From NCBI GenBank assembly GCA_041497675.1, contig JBGQGY010000057.1, positions 1 through 21,822 on the forward strand: 21,822 nt of DNA. The letters are read 5' to 3'. Position 1 is the first letter of the stretch. Each line of letters starts with the position of its first letter. The position numbers and the translations under genes are program-made. Under the pieces are notes generated by a model that searched no databases, was not told the origin of the DNA, and was given only the letters and a program-made list of their open reading frames with translations. This document shows, piece by piece, positions 1 through 7,460 of this stretch. This DNA is from a bacterium. Lineage in GTDB: Bacteria; Sysuimicrobiota; Sysuimicrobiia; Sysuimicrobiales; Humicultoraceae.

Positions 1-187
1 TGCCGACATCCCCGCCGAGATCACGATCGAGCCGGAAGCCGCGGGGCTACGGGCTATTGCCTATGGGTTTGCGACAGTCCACGGCGATAACGACCTGGAG
101 AAGCTCCGGCTGGAAACCCCGCTCTACGATGCCTTGTACGTGTGGTGTCAACGGCGTGTGGCTGAGGCCGGTCAGAGCCGAGGATGA
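1..187 (+). CDS. chrB: Chromate resistance protein, ChrB-like C-terminal domain (5' partial)
   Basis: Not in the ORF track. The frame starting at base 2 reads ADIPAEITIEPEAAGLRAIAYGFATVHGDNDLEKLRLETPLYDALYVWCQRR...G, stop TGA 185-187. PEAAGL...G...D...YDALY.WC is the pattern I recognise from ChrB C-terminal domains. Confidence 0.72.
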   Translation, partial: ADIPAEITIEPEAAGLRAIAYGFATVHGDNDLEKLRLETPLYDALYVWCQRRVAEAGQSRG

Positions 188-190
188 GGC

Positions 191-271
191 ATGGGCCTGG
201 AGTTCGTCCGTTACATTGATCTACCTGAGCACGCGGGCCGCGGGGGCTTCGACCATGGGGCGGTGCTGTAA
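191..271 (+). pseudogene. 26-codon N-terminal remnant of a probable YncE/YVTN-type beta-propeller gene
   Basis: ATG 191 lies 3 nt after the chrB-like stop, preceded by GAGGA/GAGG. It reads MGLEFVRYIDLPEHAGRGGFDHGAVL* (TAA 269-271). I.LP....GGFDH resembles the first blade of YncE-like proteins, which are normally about 300 aa. Confidence 0.45.
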
Positions 272-676
272 TCAACGATGACGTGATAGAGTTGCTCGCA
301 TTGGACCGTCGCATCGGTATGCCCGCCGAAATCGGCTCCTAGCCCGATTGTGACCATTAGCGAACGCGCAAGAATGAATCTGGAACGTTACCGAATTGAT
401 TCCGGCCGCCTTTCTGTACCTGGAAAGGTCAGGTATGTGGTTCGACGCGTTGGCGTTTGCGGGGTCCCAGGGCCTGATCCAGGTTCCCGGGGATCTGCTT
501 ACTAGCCGAGGCCCGACCAAGTCCTCCCCTCGACCGGGGACTCCCCAGTTTGCCCGAGTCTGCAACAGGACCCTCCTCCCACGGCTCGTGCGCCACTGGG
601 CAAACGTCCGAGATCCGCGTTTGGCCCGTTTGATCTCTGTAGACCGACAGGCTAGATCCTCCTTGGAGGTGCGGTG

Positions 677-2203
677 ATGCATGGAAGATTGATAGCTCTT
701 GTGGGGATCGGCGCACTGATCGTCTCGCTCAGCCTCGGCCCCCCGGGGTCCCTGGCGGGCCCCGCCGTCTCGAGGCTCGTGATCGCGCAAACCGTCGACC
801 ACGTGACGCTGGACATGTACTTCAATCCTGCCGTTCCCACCCAGAACGTCTCCTTCTCAATCATGGAACCACTCGTCGCGATGGATCGAACCCTCGGCAA
901 GCTCGAGTACAAACTCGCCACAGCGATCACTCCCGTGGATGCCGTAACTTGGGAGGTCAAGCTCCGGCCGGGCGTGCGCTGGCATGACGGCCAGCGGTTC
1001 ACGGCCGCCGATGTGAAGTACACGTTCGATCGCATGTCCGACCCGGCCCGGAAGTTGCGGCACGTCGTGCCGTCGGACATCTTCAAGGGCGTGGACGTGG
1101 TTGACGACCTCACCGTGCGGATCCGGCTCGAGAAGCCATACGCGCCGCTGGCGCGCCGCCTGATCGAGTTCCCCATGGTCCCCAGACATGTTATCGAAAC
1201 GGTCGGTGATGAGAAGTTTGGGGAGGCTCCCATCGGCACCGGTCCCTACAGGTTTGCACGGTGGGTCAAGGGCGAGTTTGTTGAACTGGCGGCCAACCGG
1301 GATTACTGGGGACCCAAGCCCGCGTACGATGTGGCTATCTTCCGGGCGGTCCCGGAAGCGACCACCCGGGTCGCCTCGCTACTGTCGGGGAGCGTCGACA
1401 TCGCGACCGACATTCCCCCGGAGCTCGCCAATGCCGTGAGGACGCGCGGCACGCTCCGCCTCGAACCCGTCCAGGGCATGCGGGTCATGTACGTAGGCAT
1501 GAACACACACCGCAAGCCCCTCGACAACGTAAAGGTGCGTCAGGCGCTCAACTTCGCGATCGACAAACAAGCCCTGGTCGAGAAGGCCATGAGCGGCTAC
1601 GCCGTGCGGAACATCGGTATCCTGAGTCCCCGCTCCTTCGGCTACAACCCCAAGGTGGCCGATCGGTACCCCTATGACGTCGCCCGGGCCAAGCAGCTTC
1701 TGGCGGAGGCCGGGGTGACCGGAGGATTCGACGTCTCCTTCGACCTGGGTCGCCGGTACTTCCGCGACCGCGAGGTCGCGCAGGCCATCGCGGGCTATCT
1801 GGGCGCGGTGGGTGTCAGGGTCCAGATCAACGAGATGGAGTGGGGCACCTTCGTCGTGAACTGGAGCGCCGGCAAGACTGAGGGGTTCTGGTACCACGGC
1901 TTCGCGGACATGACAGGGGACGCCGACCTGCCCCTCTACTACTTCTTCAGTCCGGCGGGCCAGCTCTGGCGGGATTACTTCTCCGACCAGCAGATCGCCG
2001 ACCTCGTCGACAGAGGCCGGACGAACCTCGATCCCAAGGCCCGGACGGCAGCGTACGAGCAGGCCTTGGAGCGGATCGTGGATGTCGCTCCCATGATCTG
2101 GCTGTTCTCGCTGAACAACGCCTACGGGGTCTCCAATGCGGTCGACTGGACTCCTCGTCCGGACGAGCGCATCCTGCCTTACGAGGCGAAGCCCATGCGG
2201 TGA
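677..2203 (+). CDS. ABC transporter substrate-binding protein, family 5 (OppA/DppA-like)
   Basis: SD GGAGGT 665-670; ATG 677 (alternative GTG 674). Hydrophobic signal peptide without lipobox Cys. Family-5 motifs LRPGVRWHDG..FTAADV, PIGTGPY, VRQALNFAID. Confidence 0.95.
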   Translation: MHGRLIALVGIGALIVSLSLGPPGSLAGPAVSRLVIAQTVDHVTLDMYFNPAVPTQNVSFSIMEPLVAMDRTLGKLEYKLATAITPVDAVTWEVKLRPGVRWHDGQRFTAADVKYTFDRMSDPARKLRHVVPSDIFKGVDVVDDLTVRIRLEKPYAPLARRLIEFPMVPRHVIETVGDEKFGEAPIGTGPYRFARWVKGEFVELAANRDYWGPKPAYDVAIFRAVPEATTRVASLLSGSVDIATDIPPELANAVRTRGTLRLEPVQGMRVMYVGMNTHRKPLDNVKVRQALNFAIDKQALVEKAMSGYAVRNIGILSPRSFGYNPKVADRYPYDVARAKQLLAEAGVTGGFDVSFDLGRRYFRDREVAQAIAGYLGAVGVRVQINEMEWGTFVVNWSAGKTEGFWYHGFADMTGDADLPLYYFFSPAGQLWRDYFSDQQIADLVDRGRTNLDPKARTAAYEQALERIVDVAPMIWLFSLNNAYGVSNAVDWTPRPDERILPYEAKPMR

Positions 2204-2215
2204 GGAGATGCGCGC

Positions 2216-3133
2216 ATGAGACGTTATGTGGCTGCGCGGCTGCTGCAGTCCCTGGTCGTGCTCCTCGGCGTCTCGGCCATCGCCTTCTTGCTCATGTACC
2301 TGACCGGCGATCCGGTCCCGCTGCTGCTTCCTCCCGACGCGACCGTGGAGCGCGTGGCCGAATTCAGGCATGCAATGGGTTTTGACCGCCCGGTCTGGGT
2401 GCAGTACGGACTGTTCCTGGGCCGGGCGCTTCGAGGGGACCTGGGCCGCTCCGTGTGGTTCAACCAGCCGGTCCTGCCGATCGTGCTGGCGCGCGTACCG
2501 AAAACGGCCCAGGTGGCCGTCGGCGCGCTCGCGCTGGGCTGCCTCATCGCCTTCCCGCTCGGCATCGCAGCGGCCGTCCGCACCCGCAGCTGGTGGGCGC
2601 CGGCCCTCATGGCTGGCGCAATGGTCGGCTACTCGACTCCCACGTTCTGGCTCGGGCTGCTGCTGATCCTGATGTTTTCGGTCTGGCTCAATTGGCTGCC
2701 GGCGGCGGGCAGCGGCTCTGTTCTGCATCTGGTCATGCCGGTGCTCACGCTCGGAACCAACGTGGGGGCGCTCCTGGCCCGCCTGGTATGGTCCGGCCTC
2801 CTGGACGTGCTCGGACAGGACTACGTCCGGACGGCCCGATCGAAAGGCGTGGCGGAGCGGCTGGTGTTGTGGCGTCATGCCCTGAAGAACGCCCTGCTGC
2901 CGGTCATCACGATCATCGGGTTGGAGCTGGCGGGGCTGCTGGGCGGGGCGGTCGTGACCGAGACGGTGTTCGCCTGGCCAGGCATGGGGCGGCTCACCGT
3001 CGAGTCGATCTACAATCGCGACTACCCCATGGTGCAGGGCCTGGTCCTCGTCATGGCCGTGATCTTCGTCGTCGCCAATCTGGTCGTGGACGTATCCTAT
3101 GCGGCACTCGATCCCCGTGTCCGCTACGAGTGA
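2216..3133 (+). CDS. Opp/Dpp ABC transporter permease, OppB/DppB type
   Basis: SD GAGGAG; motifs GDP, GDLGRS, EAA loop DYVRTARSKG, HALKNA, ETVFAWPGMG, RDYP, DPR. Confidence 0.95.
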   Translation: MRRYVAARLLQSLVVLLGVSAIAFLLMYLTGDPVPLLLPPDATVERVAEFRHAMGFDRPVWVQYGLFLGRALRGDLGRSVWFNQPVLPIVLARVPKTAQVAVGALALGCLIAFPLGIAAAVRTRSWWAPALMAGAMVGYSTPTFWLGLLLILMFSVWLNWLPAAGSGSVLHLVMPVLTLGTNVGALLARLVWSGLLDVLGQDYVRTARSKGVAERLVLWRHALKNALLPVITIIGLELAGLLGGAVVTETVFAWPGMGRLTVESIYNRDYPMVQGLVLVMAVIFVVANLVVDVSYAALDPRVRYE

Positions 3134-4052
3134 GGCGCCCCGGGCCCGCATCGTCCGGGAGGATCAGCCGGAGCCGGAACCTCGGTGGAGCCGGCTCAAG
3201 ACCCTCCTCAGGCTGTTGCGCCGGAGCAAGGAAGCCATGGTTGGGACGGCGGTGATCCTGTTGGTGGCGGCCACGGCGGTGTTTGCCCCGTTCCTGACAG
3301 GTGATCCTCTGCGACAGGACCTGAGCGTGTCGCTCCAGCCTCCCGGTTGGATGCCGGGTGGCGACCTCAGGCATCCGTTGGGGACGGACGTTCTGGGCCG
3401 AGACCAGCTCAGCCGTCTGATCTACGCGGCCAGAGTCTCGCTGGTCGTGGGGCTGGTATCCGTCGTTGTGGCATGTGTCGTTGGCGTGCCGGTGGGACTT
3501 CTCTCCGGATTCTTGGGCGGATGGGTCGACAGCGTACTCATGCGGCTGGCGGACATCCAACTCTCGTTTCCCATGATCCTGCTCGCGCTGACGATCGTGG
3601 CCCTGCTCGGGCCTTCGTTGACCAACGTGATCATTACGATCGGCATCACGTCGTGGGTGCCGTACGCCCGGATCGTGCGAAGCACCGTCCTCTCCCTGAA
3701 GGGCCAGCCGTTCGTGGAGGCCGCCCGCGCGATCGGCTGCGGGACGGTCCGAATTCTGACGAAACACCTGCTGCCCAACGCCTGGGCTCCGGTCATCATC
3801 GTCGCCACGCTCCAGGTGGGGCGCGCCATCATCATGGAGTCGTCGCTCAGCTTCCTGGGGCTCGGCGTCCGTCCGCCGACCCCCACGTGGGGAGGCATCC
3901 TGGCCGACGGGCGGACGTTCATCTTCGCCGCCTGGTGGCTGGCCGTCCCGGCCGGCCTGGCAATTCTCATCACCGTCCTGGGCGTCAATCTCCTGGGGAA
4001 CGGATTGCGTTACCTCATCGACCCTCGCCTACGTGTCGAGGGGCTGCAGTAG
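3117..4052 (+). CDS. Opp/Dpp ABC transporter permease, OppC/DppC type
   Basis: Motifs HPLGTD.LGRD, FVEAARAIG, HLLPN, ESSLSFLGLG..PP.PTWG, DPR. Start uncertain: GTG 3117 (overlapping the upstream permease) preferred; the ORF track starts at 3099. Confidence 0.93.
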   Translation: MSATSEAPRARIVREDQPEPEPRWSRLKTLLRLLRRSKEAMVGTAVILLVAATAVFAPFLTGDPLRQDLSVSLQPPGWMPGGDLRHPLGTDVLGRDQLSRLIYAARVSLVVGLVSVVVACVVGVPVGLLSGFLGGWVDSVLMRLADIQLSFPMILLALTIVALLGPSLTNVIITIGITSWVPYARIVRSTVLSLKGQPFVEAARAIGCGTVRILTKHLLPNAWAPVIIVATLQVGRAIIMESSLSFLGLGVRPPTPTWGGILADGRTFIFAAWWLAVPAGLAILITVLGVNLLGNGLRYLIDPRLRVEGLQ

Positions 4053-4093
4053 TGAAGGCAAGCGTGCTCAGAGAGCACAGGGAGGGAACCGAG

Positions 4094-5044
4094 ATGGCAG
4101 TCAAGATAACCAGGACGTTCGTCGTTGACGGCATCAGGGCGGATCCCGGCGAGTTCGTCAAGGGCTACCTCGAGGTGACAAAGCGACTCGACGGAACCCC
4201 CTACGTGATTCCCATCATGGTGGTCAACGGTTCACTTGACGGCCCCCGCGTGTGCATCAGCGGCGGCGTCCACGGCAACGAATATCCCGGCCCGCTGGCG
4301 ATCGCCACCGTGGTCCCATCGCTCAATCCCAAGACGCTGCGCGGCACCGTGGTGGCGCTGCCGGTCGTTCACATGGCGGCCTTCGAGCGCATGCGCCGGG
4401 AGAACGAGTTTGACTGCGTCGACCTCAACCGGATCGCCCCGGGGAGTCTCACGGCGAGGTATGCGCACAAGGTCGCGCGCAAAGTCTTCCACGACGTGCT
4501 ACCGACGGTCGAGTACTTCCTCGACCTGCACAACTCCGGAGACCACATCGACGTGTTGCCCATGTCGGTCACCGAACCCGGCTTCGAGGCTCTCTCGCTC
4601 GAGTTCGCCAAGGCGCTGGGCCACGACATCATCTGGCAGGGCCTGCACGCCGAAGGTGTCTGGATCCGCGAAGCCCTGAAGATGAACCTCAAGTGCGCCA
4701 GCGTGGAGATCGGCGACCCCGCTTATCAAAAGAAGACGATCCTCAATACCCTGAAGTGGTTGAAGATGATTGATGGGGATCCGGACTGGCCCAAGCAGTG
4801 GCGGGTCGTCGAAGGACGCCCCACGTATGCTCAGAACGGCGGGCTATGGGTATCCGAGGTACGCATCCGCGACGAAGTCAAGGAGGGCCAAGTCATCGGG
4901 CGCCTGATCAATCTCTTTGGAGAGGTCGTCGAGACAGTCACAGCCGAGTACGCGGGCGTGGTGTGCAGCTTGCGTCACTATCTCTCCACCAATCCGGGCA
5001 ACGAGGTGGTCGGATACTACAAGACCGTGAAAGTGGTCAACTGA
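4094..5044 (+). CDS. Succinylglutamate desuccinylase/aspartoacylase (AstE/AspA, M14-like) zinc amidohydrolase, 316 aa
   Basis: SD GGAGGG 4081-4086, ATG 4094. Zn/substrate motifs GGVHGNE, DLNR, DLH, catalytic VEIG; C-terminal barrel-sandwich segment (GG.W...V...DEVKEGQVIG). Confidence 0.9.
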   Translation: MAVKITRTFVVDGIRADPGEFVKGYLEVTKRLDGTPYVIPIMVVNGSLDGPRVCISGGVHGNEYPGPLAIATVVPSLNPKTLRGTVVALPVVHMAAFERMRRENEFDCVDLNRIAPGSLTARYAHKVARKVFHDVLPTVEYFLDLHNSGDHIDVLPMSVTEPGFEALSLEFAKALGHDIIWQGLHAEGVWIREALKMNLKCASVEIGDPAYQKKTILNTLKWLKMIDGDPDWPKQWRVVEGRPTYAQNGGLWVSEVRIRDEVKEGQVIGRLINLFGEVVETVTAEYAGVVCSLRHYLSTNPGNEVVGYYKTVKVVN

Positions 5045-5110
5045 AGGCCCGTCTGGGTGGCGTGGTTCACGGTCGCCGCGCCAACTATATCCGCAAGATC
5101 TCTTAGCGTC

Positions 5111-5146
5111 AAACAACAAGGGCGCAGGAAGTCGATCCCTGCGCCC
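5111..5146 (-). terminator. Rho-independent terminator for the minus-strand ester cyclase gene
   Basis: Perfect 9-bp stem GGGCGCAGG (5120-5128)/CCTGCGCCC (5138-5146), followed on the minus strand by TTGTTGTTT; lies between convergent genes. Confidence 0.7.
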
Positions 5147-5160
5147 CGGTCGCGTTCCTG

Positions 5161-5195
5161 CCGTGCCTTTCCTTGCCTTACCTAACCTTACCTAG
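5161..5195. repeat. Imperfect tandem pentamer repeat (CCTWN)n, i.e. (NWAGG)n on the minus strand
   Basis: ccgtg ccttt ccttg cctta cctaa cctta cctag; overlaps the ester cyclase stop codon. Confidence 0.7.
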
Positions 5196-5613
5196 CTGCG
5201 ACTGCTGGGACAACCTTGAGCTGCTCCATCAAACCCTTCTGATCCGCGAGGCCCCAGTGCTCGACGACCTTGCCGTCGACGATGCGCCCGATGTGGATCT
5301 CTGACCAGGTCACTTGCTTGCCCGTTGCGGGAGTACCCATGAACTCGCCCTTCTGCGTACCCTTCCCCGCGAGACGGTGAACCAGCCTGTCCCCTACCGT
5401 GATCTCGTCCTCAACCGTGTAACGGACGTCGGGGAAGGCGGTCCGGAACTTGGTCAGGCCCTTTTTGAAGCCTTCTCTGTCCGGGGTCATGCCGGGAAAC
5501 GGATTCCGGTCGACGTAGCCAGTGGCCAACACTTCATCGACACCGGCCAGGTTACCCGCGTTGAGGACATCGATAATACGACGACCAAGCTTTTTGTTGT
5601 CTTCCGGTGACAT
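5188..5613 (-). CDS. SnoaL-like ester cyclase (NTF2 fold), 141 aa
   Basis: SD AAAGGAGA before ATG 5613. MSPEDNKKL start; AFPD, GTQKGEFMGTPATGKQV, RIVDGKVVEHW motifs. Confidence 0.9.
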   Translation of the reverse strand: MSPEDNKKLGRRIIDVLNAGNLAGVDEVLATGYVDRNPFPGMTPDREGFKKGLTKFRTAFPDVRYTVEDEITVGDRLVHRLAGKGTQKGEFMGTPATGKQVTWSEIHIGRIVDGKVVEHWGLADQKGLMEQLKVVPAVAAR

Positions 5614-5818
5614 GTGTTTCTCCTTTGTGGCTTTGTCCTCACTCTTCACCCTATCGGTGGCCAAGAGTGGGCAGCCATCCCACGGCGATTCGCTTGTCCC
5701 GGTGGACTGTCTAGATTACTCGATTGTTCCCAGAGGGAATGAACCGGAAGGAATGGAGCGTACTCGCTAGCGGCGTAACCTTGTGCGATCCGACTGCAGC
5801 AGTCGCGCTACAACTTCT

Positions 5819-5847
5819 ATCATAGTCCCTGCGGAGTTGCACGTCAA
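5819..5847 (-). promoter_or_regulatory. Sigma70-type promoter upstream of the ester cyclase gene
   Basis: Minus strand TTGACG (5847-5842), 17 nt, TATGAT (5824-5819): 5/6 match in each box with ideal spacing. Confidence 0.7.
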
Positions 5848-5875
5848 ATGTAATTGACGCGAGTAAGATCACTCT

Positions 5876-7459
5876 TTACAAATCATTTCCCGCGTAAGAC
5901 AAGTTGAAGCTCTTGTTCACCAGCGGAAAATCGGGGACGATGTTCTTGAGGATCGCGTAATTCAACGCGGGCCAATTCGCAAACGACGGGTCTTTCACCT
6001 TGACTCGAGAAAGTGAATCGTCCTCGCCGGCCACGATCCAGTGCCAGATCGGGCCGCGCCACCCTTCGACCAAGCCGAAGTCACCGGCACCCGCTGGCAA
6101 GGTTTCAATAGGTTGGACAATCTGTCCCTCGGGCAGCGCGTCCAGCGCGCGTGTGATCAAGTTAAGCGCCTCGTGAACCTCCTCGACCCGCACCATCATC
6201 CGCGCCCACACGTCGCCCTCGCTCATTGCCGTCACCCGAACCTGCAGATCCCTGTAGGCTGCGAACGGATGGTCTCGTCTGGCATCAGCGTCAATACCAC
6301 TTGCGCGGGCGACCACCCCTGCCACCTGCATCTCGCGGGCCGTCTTCTCCGTCAGCCGCCCGGTGCCGTGAAGCCGGTCCAGCACGCTCGAGTTGCTGAT
6401 CGCAATGTCGACGACTTCGTCGAAGTCGGTGACCACTCGCGTTAGTGTCTCGCGCACCTCGTTCACTTGAGACGGGGTAAGATCGCAGCGCACGCCGCCC
6501 GGCACCACAGCACCACGCAGCAGGCGATGCCCGACAAGATGTGCGTTCAGCCGCAGCACTTCCTCCCGCAGCCGCATCGCGTGCGCGTTGGCAAAAGCGA
6601 AACCCGTGTCGGTGCAGATCGCGCCGACATCCGCAATATGATTGTAGATGCGCTCAAGCTCGAGCAGCACCACGCGCAGGTAGGCCGCGCGGGCCGGAAT
6701 CGCGACGCCCCTCAGTGACTCGACAGCCTGACAAAAAGCCATGGCATGACCTACGCTCGAATCGCCGGAAATTCGCTCGGCAAGCTCGACTCCGGCGGCC
6801 GGCGTCCTGGTCTCAAAGAGTTTTTCGATCCCCTTGTGAACAAAGTAGAGGCGCGATTCGAGGTTGATGACGGTTTCGCCCTCGACGCTGAAGCGGAAGT
6901 GACCCGGTTCGATGATTCCGGCGTGCACGGGGCCCACGGTGATCTCGTGGATGCCCTCACCCTCGACGCGCCGGAACGGATAGGGAGTCCCATCGTCTAC
7001 GAACTCGGCCGGCGGCACGGCATCCTTCAGCAGCGGGTGGTACTCCGCGGGCCAAAACTGGTGCAACGGTAGCCGGCGCAGGTCTGGATGATCAATCGGT
7101 AGCAGCCCGAAGAGGTCGTGTATCTCGCGTTCAAAACGGCTGGCGAGATACGACCGCGTCGCCAGAGAAGGAAACCCCCTGTCGTCTTCTGGCACAAACG
7201 CAGAGGCGACAACGAAGACATCAGCGCCCGCAAGCTCGAAGATATATCGTAACGTGAACTCGCCTCGCTGTTTCCTCGTGTCTTCGGCAAGAATCAACTC
7301 CGGGCGCCCGCCAAATCGGTCGCGGAGGTAGTCCGCAAGCGCCGGAATCATCTCTCTCTTCACGGTGACTCGCACTTCGCGGGGTCCACGCGGCTCGATG
7401 CCCGTCAGGCCGAGTGCTGTAGCGTGGAGCTGACGGGATACCATGTTCAAATCGATCAC
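5876..7459 (-). CDS. hyfG: Ehr complex large subunit (HyfG/HycE-like, NuoC+NuoD fusion) without NiFe-binding cysteines
   Basis: NuoC-like FEREIHDLFG....HPDLRRL, then GPVHAGIIEPGHFRF, HKGIEK, ELERIYNH, VEGWRG, DPSF.NW. L1 site reads ERISGDS instead of RxCGxC. The C-terminus PDFPLVNKSFNLSYAGNDL lacks DPCxxC. GTG start with GGGAGG SD. Confidence 0.92.
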   Translation of the reverse strand: MIDLNMVSRQLHATALGLTGIEPRGPREVRVTVKREMIPALADYLRDRFGGRPELILAEDTRKQRGEFTLRYIFELAGADVFVVASAFVPEDDRGFPSLATRSYLASRFEREIHDLFGLLPIDHPDLRRLPLHQFWPAEYHPLLKDAVPPAEFVDDGTPYPFRRVEGEGIHEITVGPVHAGIIEPGHFRFSVEGETVINLESRLYFVHKGIEKLFETRTPAAGVELAERISGDSSVGHAMAFCQAVESLRGVAIPARAAYLRVVLLELERIYNHIADVGAICTDTGFAFANAHAMRLREEVLRLNAHLVGHRLLRGAVVPGGVRCDLTPSQVNEVRETLTRVVTDFDEVVDIAISNSSVLDRLHGTGRLTEKTAREMQVAGVVARASGIDADARRDHPFAAYRDLQVRVTAMSEGDVWARMMVRVEEVHEALNLITRALDALPEGQIVQPIETLPAGAGDFGLVEGWRGPIWHWIVAGEDDSLSRVKVKDPSFANWPALNYAILKNIVPDFPLVNKSFNLSYAGNDL

Positions 7460-7460
7460 G

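Noticed and set aside
560..655. Cobalamin riboswitch (GCCACTG) or c-di-GMP-I riboswitch (GGGCAAAC)
   Set aside because: Other conserved elements (GGGAA, GGGAAG and the B12 box; GNRA stem followed by GACGCAAA) are missing.
396..677. 93-aa plus-strand ORF and other short ORFs in 54-802
   Set aside because: TTG or weak starts, no SD, no recognisable family; better explained as non-coding leader or shadow frames.
1379..3151. 590-aa minus-strand ORF
   Set aside because: Antisense shadow of well-supported ABC genes in GC-rich DNA; no motifs. The same applies to 13216-14583, 18065-19339, 19116-20600 and 11146-12114.
3347..4093. Long N-terminal extension of the AstE/AspA ORF (565 aa)
   Set aside because: Overlaps the OppC gene in another frame and reads as an R/G/P-rich shadow; the ATG at 4094 has a strong SD.
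5058..5083. Hairpin TGGCGTGG/CCGCGCCA after the deacylase stop as a terminator
   Set aside because: No U-tract follows; it may be a stabilising stem but cannot be called a terminator.
5750..5810. tRNA-like start (GGAGCGTA...)
   Set aside because: No TTCGA T-loop and no cloverleaf pairing.
5876..7459. Functional [NiFe] hydrogenase / formate hydrogenlyase
   Set aside because: Both CxxC metal-binding motifs are absent, and there are no maturation or formate dehydrogenase genes in the window.
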